Notes: generated by a model from the letters alone, not told the origin. A stretch of DNA of 58,299 nt from an uncultured Oscillospiraceae bacterium (GCA_900754515.1 CAAEDD010000197.1:1-58299), one strand, 5' to 3'. Shown: positions 35,380 to 45,145, counted from the first letter of the stretch. A program made the numbers and translations.

Positions 35380-37059
35380 ATGGCTTATACTCAGTGGTAC
35401 AAGGAGATGGCCGTATACCAGATCTGGCCCCGCAGCTTCTGCGACGGCAACGGCGACGGCATTGGCGACCTCTGGGGCGTGCTGGAAAAGCTGGACTATA
35501 TAAAGAGCCTGAATGTGGACGCAATCTGGTTTTCTCCCCTATACCCCTCTCCCAACGCCGACTACGGTTACGACATAGCAGACTATAAGTCTATCCATCC
35601 GGACTTCGGGAATCTGGAGGTCTTCCGCCAGGTGCTGGACGAGGCCCACAAAAGAGGGCTGAAGGTGTTCATGGACCTGGTGGTGAACCACAGCTCCGAC
35701 GAGCACCCGTGGTTTAAAGAGAGCCGTAAGGGTAAAAACAATCCTTACCACGATTATTACTACTGGCGGAAAGGGCGCAGGCTCCCTGGCGGCAGGCATC
35801 TGCCCCCCAACAACTGGACCAGCCTGTTTGAGGGCGGCGCCTGGGAATATGACAGTAACTTAGACGAATACTATCTCCATTTGTTCGCAAAAAAACAGCC
35901 TGATCTGAACATGGACAACCCCAAAGTCCGCGCTGAAGTAAAGGATATCCTGCGCTTCTGGCTGGATATGGGGGTGGACGGTTTCCGTGAGGACGTTATA
36001 ACCTTTATCGCCAAGGCCCCCGGCATGCCAAATTCCTACCCCAAGCTGCCCATAGCCAACGGCATGAAGTATTTCTCCAACCGGCCGGAAGTCTATGACT
36101 ATCTGAGGGAATTCCGGGACGAAGTACTTAAGCGGTACGACTGTTTTACCGTTGGTGAAAGCCCCCTCACCACTGCGGAAATTGCTCTGAAATATGTCAC
36201 CGAAGGGGAAAACCAGGTTCTTGATGAGATGATCTCCTTTTCCCACATGGAGGCAGACTGTTTTATGACAGACATGATCCGCCGTCCCTTTGATTTGAGG
36301 AAGATGAAGCGGGCTTTTTCCGACTGGCAGTATAAGCTCGCCGGCAAGGGCTGGAACGCCTTGTACATAGAGAACCATGATCACGCCCGTATAATCAGCC
36401 GCTACGGCAGCGAGGACTACCCCGTGGAGAGCGGCAAAATGCTGGCCGCCATGTATATACTGCAGCGGGGCACGCCTTTCATATACCAGGGCCAGGAGAT
36501 AGGCATGACCAATATATGTCTGCCCGAAATAGAGATGTATAAGGACGTGGCAAGCCGCAATAATTATCGCATTTTCAGCAGGCTGCTGGGAAAAAAGAGA
36601 GCCATGAAACTGCTGGCCTACAGCAGCCGTGAAAACTCCCGCACTCCGGTCCAGTGGGATGCCGGACCCAACGCAGGCTTCAGCAGTGCCCCACCCTGGT
36701 TCAATATAAATCCCAACTATACTCAGGTGAACGTGGCCGCTCAGGAGGAGGATCCGGATTCCCTTCTGAACTTCTACCGCAGTCTGCTCTCCTACAGGAA
36801 GGGTGAGCCCCTGGCCCTGTGCGGAGACTACCGGGAACTTTATCCGGAGGACAAAAACTTCTATGCCTATGAGCGCAGCTACCAGGGCAGACGGCTTCTG
36901 GTCATCTGTCATTTCAGCCCCAACCCTCACGGCTTCACGGCCCCGGCGGACATGGAGCTTACAAAAGGCAAACTGCTGTTTTCCAATTATAAAACTCACA
37001 GCTTTAACGGAAACGGCTTTGTTGCCAGGCCCTGGGAACTGAGGGTATACGAGTTTTGA
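35380..37059 (+). CDS. GH13 alpha-glucosidase / oligo-1,6-glucosidase family enzyme
   Basis: YQIWPRSFCDGNGDGIGDLWG, DLVVNHSS, GVDGFREDV, and an ENHD block. 559 aa. Confidence 0.9.
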   Translation: MAYTQWYKEMAVYQIWPRSFCDGNGDGIGDLWGVLEKLDYIKSLNVDAIWFSPLYPSPNADYGYDIADYKSIHPDFGNLEVFRQVLDEAHKRGLKVFMDLVVNHSSDEHPWFKESRKGKNNPYHDYYYWRKGRRLPGGRHLPPNNWTSLFEGGAWEYDSNLDEYYLHLFAKKQPDLNMDNPKVRAEVKDILRFWLDMGVDGFREDVITFIAKAPGMPNSYPKLPIANGMKYFSNRPEVYDYLREFRDEVLKRYDCFTVGESPLTTAEIALKYVTEGENQVLDEMISFSHMEADCFMTDMIRRPFDLRKMKRAFSDWQYKLAGKGWNALYIENHDHARIISRYGSEDYPVESGKMLAAMYILQRGTPFIYQGQEIGMTNICLPEIEMYKDVASRNNYRIFSRLLGKKRAMKLLAYSSRENSRTPVQWDAGPNAGFSSAPPWFNINPNYTQVNVAAQEEDPDSLLNFYRSLLSYRKGEPLALCGDYRELYPEDKNFYAYERSYQGRRLLVICHFSPNPHGFTAPADMELTKGKLLFSNYKTHSFNGNGFVARPWELRVYEF

Positions 37060-37102
37060 GGCACAGTGCCGGAACCCATAGCTTAGCAGAGAGGATAGAG
37101 AT

Positions 37103-37975
37103 ATGAACAGCGTAAAAGAGAAGGCCTATGCCAAACTGAATATTTCCCTGGACGTATCCAGCCGTCGTGAGGACGGCTACCACGAAATGGTAATGGTTAT
37201 GCAGACAATTTCCCTTTATGACGATATTGAGGTGAGCCTTAACGACAGCGGCAAAGTGAGGGCAAAAACCAACCTTCACTTTATTCCCGGGGATGAGAGG
37301 AATCTGGCGGTAAAGGCTGCGTTGAAGTTTCTTCAGGCCATCGGCCGCGAGGGCCAGGGGGTCTTTATAAAAATAGATAAGTCCGTACCCGTGGGTGCAG
37401 GCATGGGCGGCGGCTCCTCCGACGCTGCGGCAGTTCTCAGGGCCATGAACCGGCTCTTCGGTTTTCCCTTGTCCAGGGCGGAGTTGGAGGAGCTGGCCTG
37501 CTCCGTAGGCTCGGATGTAGCCTTCTGCGTAGCCGGCGGAACTGCTCTGGCCACCGGCAGAGGAGAGAAGCTCTCCCCCATGCCATCTCTGCCGGATTGT
37601 ATCTTTGTAGTATGCAAGCCGGAATTTTCCATTTCCACCCCGGAGCTTTTCAGAAAGCTCGATCAGATAGCCCTGCGTCGGCACCCGGACACTGCCGGGC
37701 TTGTCGCCGCCATAGAGCAGGGCCAGCTCTCTCAGATGTGCCGGAGAATGTACAACGTATTTGAAGACGTGGACGACCGGCGTATGCGCACAGTGAGCGA
37801 GATAAAGAGCCTGCTCCTGGATCACGGCGCCCTGGGGGCAGTGATGACCGGCACCGGCTCCGCCGTCTTCGGCGTGTTCCCGGCAGGTATGGAGACCCGC
37901 TCTGTGTGCGATATTCTCCGTAAGGAGTACGGTTTCTGCGAAAGCGCCGGCTGCATAGGAAGGGTCTTGCAATAA
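37103..37975 (+). CDS. ispE: 4-diphosphocytidyl-2-C-methyl-D-erythritol kinase
   Basis: AYAKLNISLDV start and GHMP-kinase motif PVGAGMGGGSSDAAA. Confidence 0.9.
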   Translation: MNSVKEKAYAKLNISLDVSSRREDGYHEMVMVMQTISLYDDIEVSLNDSGKVRAKTNLHFIPGDERNLAVKAALKFLQAIGREGQGVFIKIDKSVPVGAGMGGGSSDAAAVLRAMNRLFGFPLSRAELEELACSVGSDVAFCVAGGTALATGRGEKLSPMPSLPDCIFVVCKPEFSISTPELFRKLDQIALRRHPDTAGLVAAIEQGQLSQMCRRMYNVFEDVDDRRMRTVSEIKSLLLDHGALGAVMTGTGSAVFGVFPAGMETRSVCDILRKEYGFCESAGCIGRVLQ

Positions 37976-38010
37976 GCTTTGCATTATGGTAGAATAAGCC
38001 CGCTTTGCGG

Positions 38011-38052
38011 CAGACAGTTCGTGACCATCCTGTCTATAAACAAAACTAGGGA
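38011..38052 (+). ncRNA. preQ1-I riboswitch aptamer
   Basis: CAGACAG-UUCGUGACCAUC-CUGUCU stem-loop followed by the tail AUAAACAAAACUAGG, as in the class I consensus (P1 hairpin starting UUC, A-rich tail ending CUAGG). It lies directly upstream of queT-queF. Confidence 0.75.
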
Positions 38053-38084
38053 CGAAAACAAATGCGGTTTAAATGTTATTTGTT

Positions 38085-38112
38085 GGGCGCACCCTGGAGG
38101 TGCGCCCTTTTT
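38085..38112 (+). terminator. Riboswitch expression-platform terminator
   Basis: GGGCGCACC-CTGGA-GGTGCGCCC followed by TTTTT, 20 nt before the queT start. Confidence 0.75.
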
Positions 38113-38131
38113 CCGTCTGGAGGTGATGAAA

Positions 38132-38617
38132 ATGGATATGAAAAATCTGAGTAAAACCCAGAAGCTGTGCTTTTCCGGCGCAGTCATGGCTATATACATA
38201 GTACTCATGTACCTGACTCAAAGCTTTGCTTTCGGTCAATATCAGGTGCGTATAGCTACCGCCATATACTCTGTTGCATATCTGTTTGAGTTCCTGGTTG
38301 TGCCGCTGGCTCTGGCCAATCTGCTGTCCAATCTTCTTATGGGCGGCTTTGGCTTTTTTGACATCGTGGGCGGCGGCCTTGTGGGTCTGCTCACCGCCGG
38401 CTGCTGTGCCTGGCTGGGTAAGCACCGTCTGAGCCGCAGCCTTACCGCAGTGCCCATTGCCCTTATCCCCGCTCTTGGCGTGGCCTCATGGCTGAGCTAC
38501 CTGCTGTCTACGCCATATTGGGTAATGGCCGGAAGCCTGCTGGTGGGCCAGTTGATTGCCGGTATAGCCGGGGCCCTGCTTACCGGTGCACTGTGGAAAA
38601 TCTGGAAGTTTGAATAA
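38132..38617 (+). CDS. queT: QueT-family queuosine-precursor transporter
   Basis: About 160-aa hydrophobic protein (YQVRIATAIY..., DIVGGGLVGLL), downstream of the preQ1 riboswitch and upstream of queF. GGAGG lies 8 nt before the ATG at 38132; the ATG at 38126 is an alternative. Confidence 0.75.
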   Translation: MDMKNLSKTQKLCFSGAVMAIYIVLMYLTQSFAFGQYQVRIATAIYSVAYLFEFLVVPLALANLLSNLLMGGFGFFDIVGGGLVGLLTAGCCAWLGKHRLSRSLTAVPIALIPALGVASWLSYLLSTPYWVMAGSLLVGQLIAGIAGALLTGALWKIWKFE

Positions 38618-38629
38618 GGAGGAAGAAAC

Positions 38630-39127
38630 ATGAGCGGCAGAAACTCCGCCGAGGCCGAGGGCCTCTCCCTGCTGGGGAATAAAAAAACCGTATACAAAAG
38701 CGATTACGCCCCTGAGGTTCTGGAAACCTTTGTCAACAAGCACCCGGACAATGATTACTTTGTAAAGTTCAACTGCCCCGAATTTACCAGTCTCTGCCCT
38801 ATTACCGGGCAGCCGGACTTTGCCACCATCTACATCTCCTATGTGCCGGGAGAGCGCATGGTGGAGAGCAAGTCTTTGAAGCTGTATCTCTACAGCTTCC
38901 GCAACCATGGGGATTTTCATGAGGACTGCATGAACATCATCATGAAGGATCTGATAAAGCTGATGGACCCCAAATACATAGAGGTCTGGGGCAAGTTCAC
39001 ACCTCGTGGCGGCCTGTCCATTGATCCCTACTGCAACTACGGCCGGCCCGGCACCCGCTGGGAGGAAGTGGCCTGGCAGCGGCTGAGCATGCACGACCTG
39101 TATCCGGAAAAGGTAGACAACCGCTGA
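38630..39127 (+). CDS. queF: NADPH-dependent 7-cyano-7-deazaguanine (preQ0) reductase, unimodular type
   Basis: [25 protein letters not shown] and [19 protein letters not shown] motifs. Confidence 0.9.
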   Translation: MSGRNSAEAEGLSLLGNKKTVYKSDYAPEVLETFVNKHPDNDYFVKFNCPEFTSLCPITGQPDFATIYISYVPGERMVESKSLKLYLYSFRNHGDFHEDCMNIIMKDLIKLMDPKYIEVWGKFTPRGGLSIDPYCNYGRPGTRWEEVAWQRLSMHDLYPEKVDNR

Positions 39128-39204
39128 TTTTGAAACTTCGGTTTAAAATATGCAAAAACCGTCCAAGCTATGTACATACATTACATAGCAAGGACGGTAT
39201 TTTT

Positions 39205-39807
39205 ATGTTCAAGACCAAGATAAAATCCCTGAAGCTCTGGGAATCTGCGCTGCTTATCGCCCTTTCCCTCACTACCTTGGCGGCCCTTTGGGCCCAGGGG
39301 CGGCAGAGCTCCATAAGCGAAAAGCTGGTGCGCTTCCATGTTATCGCCGTCTCCGACGACGAGTACGAACAGCAGCTGAAGCTGCGGGTCAGGGACGCCG
39401 TGCTGGAGTATATCTCTCCCAAGCTGGAGGAGGCAGAGAGCAGCAGCCAGGCCAGGGAGATCCTGACCGCCGAGCTGGACAATATTCGCGAGACCGCCCA
39501 GGCCGTGTCCGAGGGCCGGGGCGTCACCGTCACCCTCACCCGGGAAAACTACCCCACCAAAAGCTATGAGGGCTTTACCCTCCCCGCCGGAGAGTATGAC
39601 TCTCTCCGGGTCATTCTGGGAGAGGGCCAGGGTCACAACTGGTGGTGCATAGTGTTTCCACCCATATGCCTCTCCGCCGCTCAGGCCGATACGGTGGAAG
39701 AGCAGTTGGGTGAGGAGGATTTCCGTCTCATCAGCGATGGCGAGGGCTATGAGCTGCGCTTCAGGGCTCTGGAGCTCTGGGGAGAACTAGTAGCTAAACT
39801 TCAGTAG
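39205..39807 (+). CDS. spoIIR: Stage II sporulation protein R
   Basis: LVRFHVIAVSDDEYEQQLKLRVRDAVL and GHNWWCIVFPPICL. The start is taken at MFKTKI, because the ORF-track start is TTG. Confidence 0.85.
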   Translation: MFKTKIKSLKLWESALLIALSLTTLAALWAQGRQSSISEKLVRFHVIAVSDDEYEQQLKLRVRDAVLEYISPKLEEAESSSQAREILTAELDNIRETAQAVSEGRGVTVTLTRENYPTKSYEGFTLPAGEYDSLRVILGEGQGHNWWCIVFPPICLSAAQADTVEEQLGEEDFRLISDGEGYELRFRALELWGELVAKLQ

Positions 39808-39872
39808 TTGCACCTGAGCTTTATGCCGTGTATAATATTCCCATAATATATGGGAATTTGGGAGGTACTTGC

Positions 39873-40706
39873 ATGAAGCTGTGTAATATTGTTGTGGGCA
39901 GAGAAACTCATCCGGCACTGTTAACGTCCAGGGGCGTGGTGGACCTTAGGGCTGCCGGTTATGCCGGGAGCATGAATGAACTAATCTCCGGCCGCTGCAC
40001 CGAGGCTCTGAAAAAATATGTGGAGGACGAGAGCCTTCCCACAGTGGACAGCCCCGTCTTTGCCAACGTGGTAGATCCCATAGGCAAGCTGGTATGCGTG
40101 GGGCTGAACTACCGGGCCCATGCCTCCGGGGTACATATGAAGATACCCGAATACCCCATCCTTTTTTCCAAGTTTGCCAATGCTCTGGTTCCCTGCGGCG
40201 CCCCGGTGGAGCTGCCAAGCTGGGAGAGCAGCTACGACTATGAGGCGGAGCTGGTCATCGTCATGGGCAAGGAGTGCTGGAATGCAGACGAGGCACAGGC
40301 CAAGGCCGCTATCTTCGGCTACACCTGCGGTAACGACTTCTCCCTGAGAGACGCCCAGATGCGCAGCGGCCAATGGCTCATCGGCAAGACCATGCCCGGC
40401 TTCGGCCCCTGCGGCCCCTGCATAGTCACCGCCGACTCCTACGACCCGGAGGTGCCCAAGGCCATCCGCAGCTATGTGAACGGCCAGCTGCGCCAGGACG
40501 GCAGCACCGGCGACATGATATTCTCCTGCGCAAAGATAATCAGCTATGCCTCCAAGTACATCAAGCTCTGCCCCGGCGACCTGATCTTCACCGGCACCCC
40601 CAGCGGCGTGGCCCTGGAAGGTGAGGAAAAGCACTGGCTCCGCCCCGGCGATGTGGTGGATGTGGAGATAGAGGGCATAGGCACACTGCGAAATCCACTG
40701 GTGTGA
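39873..40706 (+). CDS. Fumarylacetoacetate hydrolase (FAH) family protein
   Basis: GLNYRAHA..., EAELVIVMG, GDLIFTGTPSGV blocks. RBS GGGAGG upstream of the ATG at 39873. Confidence 0.85.
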   Translation: MKLCNIVVGRETHPALLTSRGVVDLRAAGYAGSMNELISGRCTEALKKYVEDESLPTVDSPVFANVVDPIGKLVCVGLNYRAHASGVHMKIPEYPILFSKFANALVPCGAPVELPSWESSYDYEAELVIVMGKECWNADEAQAKAAIFGYTCGNDFSLRDAQMRSGQWLIGKTMPGFGPCGPCIVTADSYDPEVPKAIRSYVNGQLRQDGSTGDMIFSCAKIISYASKYIKLCPGDLIFTGTPSGVALEGEEKHWLRPGDVVDVEIEGIGTLRNPLV

Positions 40707-40806
40707 ACCGTCCAGACGGTTCCGCCTGTACTTAACAAAATACGAAAATAGTCCTTACCCGGCTTCCTTAGACAAGGGAGCCGGGAATTTTAATCATTCT
40801 CTCCTC

Positions 40807-40862
40807 TTGACATTTATATTCTACAATAGTAGAATATAAATGTCACTACTACGTGTGTAGAA
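40807..40862 (+). promoter_or_regulatory. Promoter with two BlaI/CopY-type operator dyads
   Basis: TTGACA (40807-40812), 17-nt spacer, TAGAAT (40830-40835). A 36-bp perfect palindrome GACATTTATATTCTAC-AATA-GTAGAATATAAATGTC spans 40809-40844. A second dyad CTAC-GTGT-GTAG spans 40849-40860. Confidence 0.6.
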
Positions 40863-40882
40863 CATTCCGGAGGTGAAAAGAT

Positions 40883-41257
40883 ATGAAGGATTTCCCCCAT
40901 CTCCCTGATGGAGAGTTGGAAGTGATGCAGATAATCTGGGCCAAGGGTGGGAGCGTCTCCCGGCTGGATATTGAAAAGGAGCTTTCATCCCGGCGCTCTC
41001 TGGCCCCCACCACCATTCTCACCTTCCTCACCCGCCTGTGCGAAAAGGGTTTTCTCAGGGCGGAGCGGGAGGGCCGCAGCAACCTGTACACTCCTTTGGT
41101 CTCCCGGCGGGACTATCTGGCCAGGGAGAGCCACAGCATTCTGGATAAGCTTTTCGGCGGCTCTCTCAGCTCCTTTGCCCTGTCCCTCAGCGACGCCGGG
41201 CTGAGCCGGAAGGAGCTGGAGGAGCTGCGGGAGCTTTTGGAGAGGGATGAGCTATGA
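40883..41257 (+). CDS. BlaI/MecI/CopY-family winged-helix repressor
   Basis: GELEVMQIIW...TTILTFLTRLCEKGFL is the typical penicillinase-repressor fold signature. 124 aa. Confidence 0.9.
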   Translation: MKDFPHLPDGELEVMQIIWAKGGSVSRLDIEKELSSRRSLAPTTILTFLTRLCEKGFLRAEREGRSNLYTPLVSRRDYLARESHSILDKLFGGSLSSFALSLSDAGLSRKELEELRELLERDEL

Positions 41258-42378
41258 GCTTTTTTGAAAGCCCTCTGTTCTTCAGGCTCTTCGTAGGCCT
41301 TGCTTTGAGTGTGATGGTAGCCTGGGCCTATCGCCGCAGCCGGCGCTATGAGCGGGGAGCACCGGCCTCCGTGCCCTATGGCGACGCCCCCGCCGGGCAC
41401 AAATTTACCTATGTGTACCTTAATCCTCTTTACCTGCCAATAGCCCTGGGTGTATATCTGCTCCTTATCCTGGTTCTGGGCCTGTGCAATTTCTGGAGCA
41501 TGACCGCGATCTTTCTGGACGCAGTGCTCACCATAAACATATATTTCATTCTACTGCTTCTGCTCCTGCCCCTGCTGAGGCATTTCTTTTCCTCCCGTGC
41601 TTGCGCCGTTTTGTGGCTTCTGCCCACCTTCCTTTTCTATAATCCCGCCGTGCCGGACAATCTGGCCAGGGAGGCCTTGTGGACCCTCAAGCTGCCTCCC
41701 GACTTTCCCCGCCTGTTCATGGCTGTCTATCTCCCGGTGGCCCTGGTCATCTCCGGCTGGAAGCTGCTTGAAAACCATCTGTTCTATAAGCGCACCATGG
41801 CCTCGGTCTGGGAGGTGACGGAAGGCCGGGAGCTGGAACTTTTCAAAGCTGAATTGGAGCGGGTGTCCTACCTCAAGCCGGTGAAGCTCTGTTACTGTGA
41901 CTGCCTCAGCTCTCCCCTTTCCATGGGCTTCTATGACCAGACCCGGGTCACTCTCCTGCCCCGGCGGGACTACACGGAGCAGGAGCTGAACTTCATCTTC
42001 CGCCACGAGATCTGTCACCTTCAGCGCTGCGATATCCACACCAAGGTATGTCTGGCCTTCTGTCTGGCATTTTGCTGGTTCGACCCCCTAGTGTGGCTGG
42101 CGGTGCGCCGGGCCGCGGAGGACCTGGAACTGGCCTGCGACGAGCTGGTGCTGGAGGGCCTGGGCCGTGAGGAGCGGCAGGCTTACGCCCGTCTGCTTCT
42201 TATGAATTCCGGCAAGGCCCCGGGCTTTACCAGCTGTCTCTCCGCCGCCGGGCGCACCATGCGCTACAGGCTGAAAAACGTGGTGGAGCCCAGGCGCCGC
42301 CACCCCGGAACCCTGCTGCTGGCAACAGTGATGTTCCTCTGCGTCATGGGCTACGGCCTGGTAATGTTCAAATTATAA
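41254..42378 (+). CDS. BlaR1-like M56 peptidase membrane protein without a recognisable sensor domain
   Basis: HEICHLQRCD (HExxH) after several TM segments. Overlaps the blaI-like gene by 4 nt. Ends in a TM helix, with no C-terminal penicillin-binding-type domain. Confidence 0.8.
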   Translation: MSFFESPLFFRLFVGLALSVMVAWAYRRSRRYERGAPASVPYGDAPAGHKFTYVYLNPLYLPIALGVYLLLILVLGLCNFWSMTAIFLDAVLTINIYFILLLLLLPLLRHFFSSRACAVLWLLPTFLFYNPAVPDNLAREALWTLKLPPDFPRLFMAVYLPVALVISGWKLLENHLFYKRTMASVWEVTEGRELELFKAELERVSYLKPVKLCYCDCLSSPLSMGFYDQTRVTLLPRRDYTEQELNFIFRHEICHLQRCDIHTKVCLAFCLAFCWFDPLVWLAVRRAAEDLELACDELVLEGLGREERQAYARLLLMNSGKAPGFTSCLSAAGRTMRYRLKNVVEPRRRHPGTLLLATVMFLCVMGYGLVMFKL

Positions 42379-42447
42379 TACGTCTGACATATGATTAACC
42401 CCGGCGGACAGCAGTTCCGCCGGGGCTTTACCGTTTTATCATAATTT

Positions 42448-43782
42448 TCAGTCAGGCAGGAACACCGTAAAGGTACTACCCTTGCCCAGCTCGCTCTCCA
42501 CCCTGGCGCTGCCCCCGTGGAAATTGGCTATTTCCTTCACCATAGCCAGACCCAGGCCGCTGCCCCCATCCTCGCCTCTGGAACTGTCCGCTTGCCAGAA
42601 GCGCTTCCAAACTTTGTCCAGATCCTCTTTCGCTATGCCTATTCCATCGTCGGTTACAGATATTTCCGCCCCGTCTCTGGTCTTTTTCAGGCTCAGGCAT
42701 ATATGGCCGTTATCCTTGCCGTATTTATAGGCGTTTTGCAGCAGATTGTGAATGACTCTGGATATAAGGGCCGCATTGAACCTCAGCGAAACTTCGTCCT
42801 CTATCTCCGTTTTCATCTCTATTCCCCGGCTGTTCTCGGGCACGAACTCGTTGGCGCACATCTCCACAAAGGCGCTGAGATCTCCTTCCCTCATGGGATA
42901 GCGGTCGGTGCCGTGGTGCATACGGGTCAGTCCCAGCAGCTGCTGTACCAGCTGAGACATACCCTTGGCCTGCTCTTCTATCACCCCAATAGAGGTGAGG
43001 AAATCTTCTTTTGTCTCGTCCTTACGTTTGGAACGGTCACATTGGGCCAAAATGATGGTTATCGGAGTACGCAGCTCATGGGAGGCATCGGATACAAACT
43101 GACTTTCCGCCGTGAAGGACTGTTCCAGACGCTCAAACATTCTGTCAAATACCCGCCCCAGGCGCCTCAGCTCCTTTGGCCCCCTCTTCAGGGCCAGCCT
43201 GCGGCTCAGATCGCCGCCGTCGGAGATATCATTTGCTATGCCTATCATTTTGTCCATTGGTCGGAAAGACAGCCAGGATATGAGCCAGCCTCCCCCTACA
43301 GCCAAAAGCAGCAGGCCGGGCACTATGCTGAGGGTAAGTATCAAAATAGTGCGCATCAGTCCGGAACGGTCGTTTGCATTGATGACCCCTCTTATCCATA
43401 TTCCGGTGACATCCATATCCACATAGCTGTCATATACGTAATATTCCACACCGTCTATTATCTGGCTGCGCATCACATTGGTCTCCAACGGAAGGCTAAT
43501 GTTTATATTCTCCGGCATGGCCCCCAGGAGCAGTTCTCCCTGCTCGTTATAGAAGTCACAGTATACTCCCCGGTTATACACTTCCAGATCATCCCATTCA
43601 AAGCGGCCGTGGTCGAACTCCACATCCCCCACATTGGACAGCACCACCCGAACCAGCCGCCCCGCCGGGTCATCGCTTATTGTGTTGGCGTTTATCACCA
43701 GCACAAACACCAACACCATAGCAGCCATCAGCAGCACCATCAAAGTGAACCACAGCGTCATGCGCATTTTCACCGACAGCAT
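42448..43782 (-). CDS. Sensor histidine kinase (HAMP-HisKA-HATPase)
   Basis: H-box SHELRTPITII, N-box HNLLQNAYKY, G-boxes DDGIGI and GSGLGLAMV. Confidence 0.9.
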   Translation of the reverse strand: MLSVKMRMTLWFTLMVLLMAAMVLVFVLVINANTISDDPAGRLVRVVLSNVGDVEFDHGRFEWDDLEVYNRGVYCDFYNEQGELLLGAMPENINISLPLETNVMRSQIIDGVEYYVYDSYVDMDVTGIWIRGVINANDRSGLMRTILILTLSIVPGLLLLAVGGGWLISWLSFRPMDKMIGIANDISDGGDLSRRLALKRGPKELRRLGRVFDRMFERLEQSFTAESQFVSDASHELRTPITIILAQCDRSKRKDETKEDFLTSIGVIEEQAKGMSQLVQQLLGLTRMHHGTDRYPMREGDLSAFVEMCANEFVPENSRGIEMKTEIEDEVSLRFNAALISRVIHNLLQNAYKYGKDNGHICLSLKKTRDGAEISVTDDGIGIAKEDLDKVWKRFWQADSSRGEDGGSGLGLAMVKEIANFHGGSARVESELGKGSTFTVFLPD

Positions 43783-43794
43783 AAGTTCACCCCT

Positions 43795-44466
43795 TTACTT
43801 CTCTTTCAGTACCCAGCCCGTGCCCCACACGGTGTGGATGAGTTTCTTCGAAAAGCCGGTATCCATCTTCTTTCTGAGATAGCCTACGTACACGTCCACC
43901 ACATTTGTGCCGCCCTCGTAGTCGTAGTTCCAAAGGTTGTTCTCTATCATTTCCCTGGACAGCACCACTTCCTTATTGCGCATCATGTATTCCAGCAGGG
44001 AAAACTCCTTGGCGGTGAGCTCTATATTTTTTCCCGCCCTGGTCACTATCTTGGTATTGCTGTCCAGACTCAGGTCTGCTATGGTATAGACATTAGAGCG
44101 GTTCCCCGTATATTTCCTTGCCATCACCCGTACCACAGCCATCAGTTCCTTGAAGTCAAAGGGCTTTGTCAAGTAGTAGTCTCCCCCGCTCTCAAGGCCT
44201 TCCACTTTGTCCGCCACGGCGTCTCTGGCAGTGAGAAACAGCACCGGGGTATTGTCCCCCCTGTCCCTCAGCCTTTTTACCAGCTCGAAGCCGTTCATTT
44301 TAGGCATCATAACGTCCAGGATGATGACATCATATCCGGCACACTCCAGATATTCAAGCGCCTCCACCCCGTTGTAACAGCTGTCTACACTGTAGCCCTC
44401 ATCCTCCACCGCCTCGCTTATTATGCGGTTGAGATGCTTTTCGTCCTCCACCACGAGTATACGCAT
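43795..44466 (-). CDS. OmpR-family response regulator
   Basis: MRILVVEDE..., DVIILDVMMP, and a winged-helix C-terminus (LTAKEFSLLEYM, IHTVWGTGW). Confidence 0.9.
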   Translation of the reverse strand: MRILVVEDEKHLNRIISEAVEDEGYSVDSCYNGVEALEYLECAGYDVIILDVMMPKMNGFELVKRLRDRGDNTPVLFLTARDAVADKVEGLESGGDYYLTKPFDFKELMAVVRVMARKYTGNRSNVYTIADLSLDSNTKIVTRAGKNIELTAKEFSLLEYMMRNKEVVLSREMIENNLWNYDYEGGTNVVDVYVGYLRKKMDTGFSKKLIHTVWGTGWVLKEK

Positions 44467-44644
44467 TCTGCCGCCTCCCTCCCATTTTTAATAATAGTAA
44501 CATTAATTATTAATAAATTTATTAATACTCCCGTCGGGCTCTCTATGGCACGGCTCCAATTTTTTCTTCCGCTGCCTTGATTTTAATTCTTTTCTTAAGA
44601 TATTACAATATACTTCAGTCATAAACAGTAAAGGAGACAGAGAG

Positions 44645-44956
44645 ATGAAAAAATTTTTGAAGGTATTTGTGATAATCCTGGTTTTGCTGCTGGTGGTCGG
44701 AGGCGCCGTAGGCGGCTTTTTCCTGCACCGCTACAACACCATGTATATAGGCCGGGACGAGGCATTGCGTATAGCCCTCAATGACGCGGGAGTTGACGCT
44801 TCCGCTATTAGAGACAGAGATATTGATTTTGATTCTGAGCACGGAGCAGCCTGGTATGACGTGGACTTTGAGACGGCGGGTATGGAGTATGAATATTCCC
44901 TGGATGCAGTCACTGGCGAGATTCTCTACAGTTATTCCGAGGCCGAGCACTACTGA
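44645..44956 (+). CDS. PepSY-domain membrane-anchored protein
   Basis: N-terminal TM then a PepSY-like block (DEALRIALNDAGV...YEYSLDAVTGEIL). Divergent from the two-component system. Confidence 0.75.
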   Translation: MKKFLKVFVIILVLLLVVGGAVGGFFLHRYNTMYIGRDEALRIALNDAGVDASAIRDRDIDFDSEHGAAWYDVDFETAGMEYEYSLDAVTGEILYSYSEAEHY

Positions 44957-45055
44957 AAAACTTGCCGGTACAAGGCCGTCCTTTATTTATAAGTCTTTCC
45001 TTTCTAAAAACCTCAACGCCGTTTTTCCTCTCTTACACCTCTTCTCCCCCATGCC

Positions 45056-45089
45056 AACAGCCCGTCGGAATAATCCGCCGGGCTGTTTT
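45056..45089 (+). terminator. Intrinsic terminator after the PepSY gene
   Basis: AACAGCCCG / CGGGCTGTT 9-bp stem with a 14-nt loop, followed by TTTT. Confidence 0.55.
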
Positions 45090-45145
45090 GTACGATGGCT
45101 TCAAGAGCAGCTAGTAATAATAAATTCTCCATATTCTGTGCTCTA

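Noticed and set aside
35860-37984. 379-aa and 326-aa minus-strand ORFs (35860-36999, 37004-37984)
   Set aside because: They lie antisense to the GH13 glucosidase and ispE genes. Both of those have unambiguous family motifs on the plus strand.
37979-38131. N-terminal 51 codons of the 212-aa ORF-track product for queT
   Set aside because: This stretch contains the preQ1 riboswitch and its terminator, and a GGAGG RBS precedes the internal ATG.
42517-44580. 687-aa ORF on the plus strand
   Set aside because: It lies antisense to the histidine kinase and response regulator genes. It is His/Gln/Val-rich nonsense spanning two real genes and their intergenic gap.
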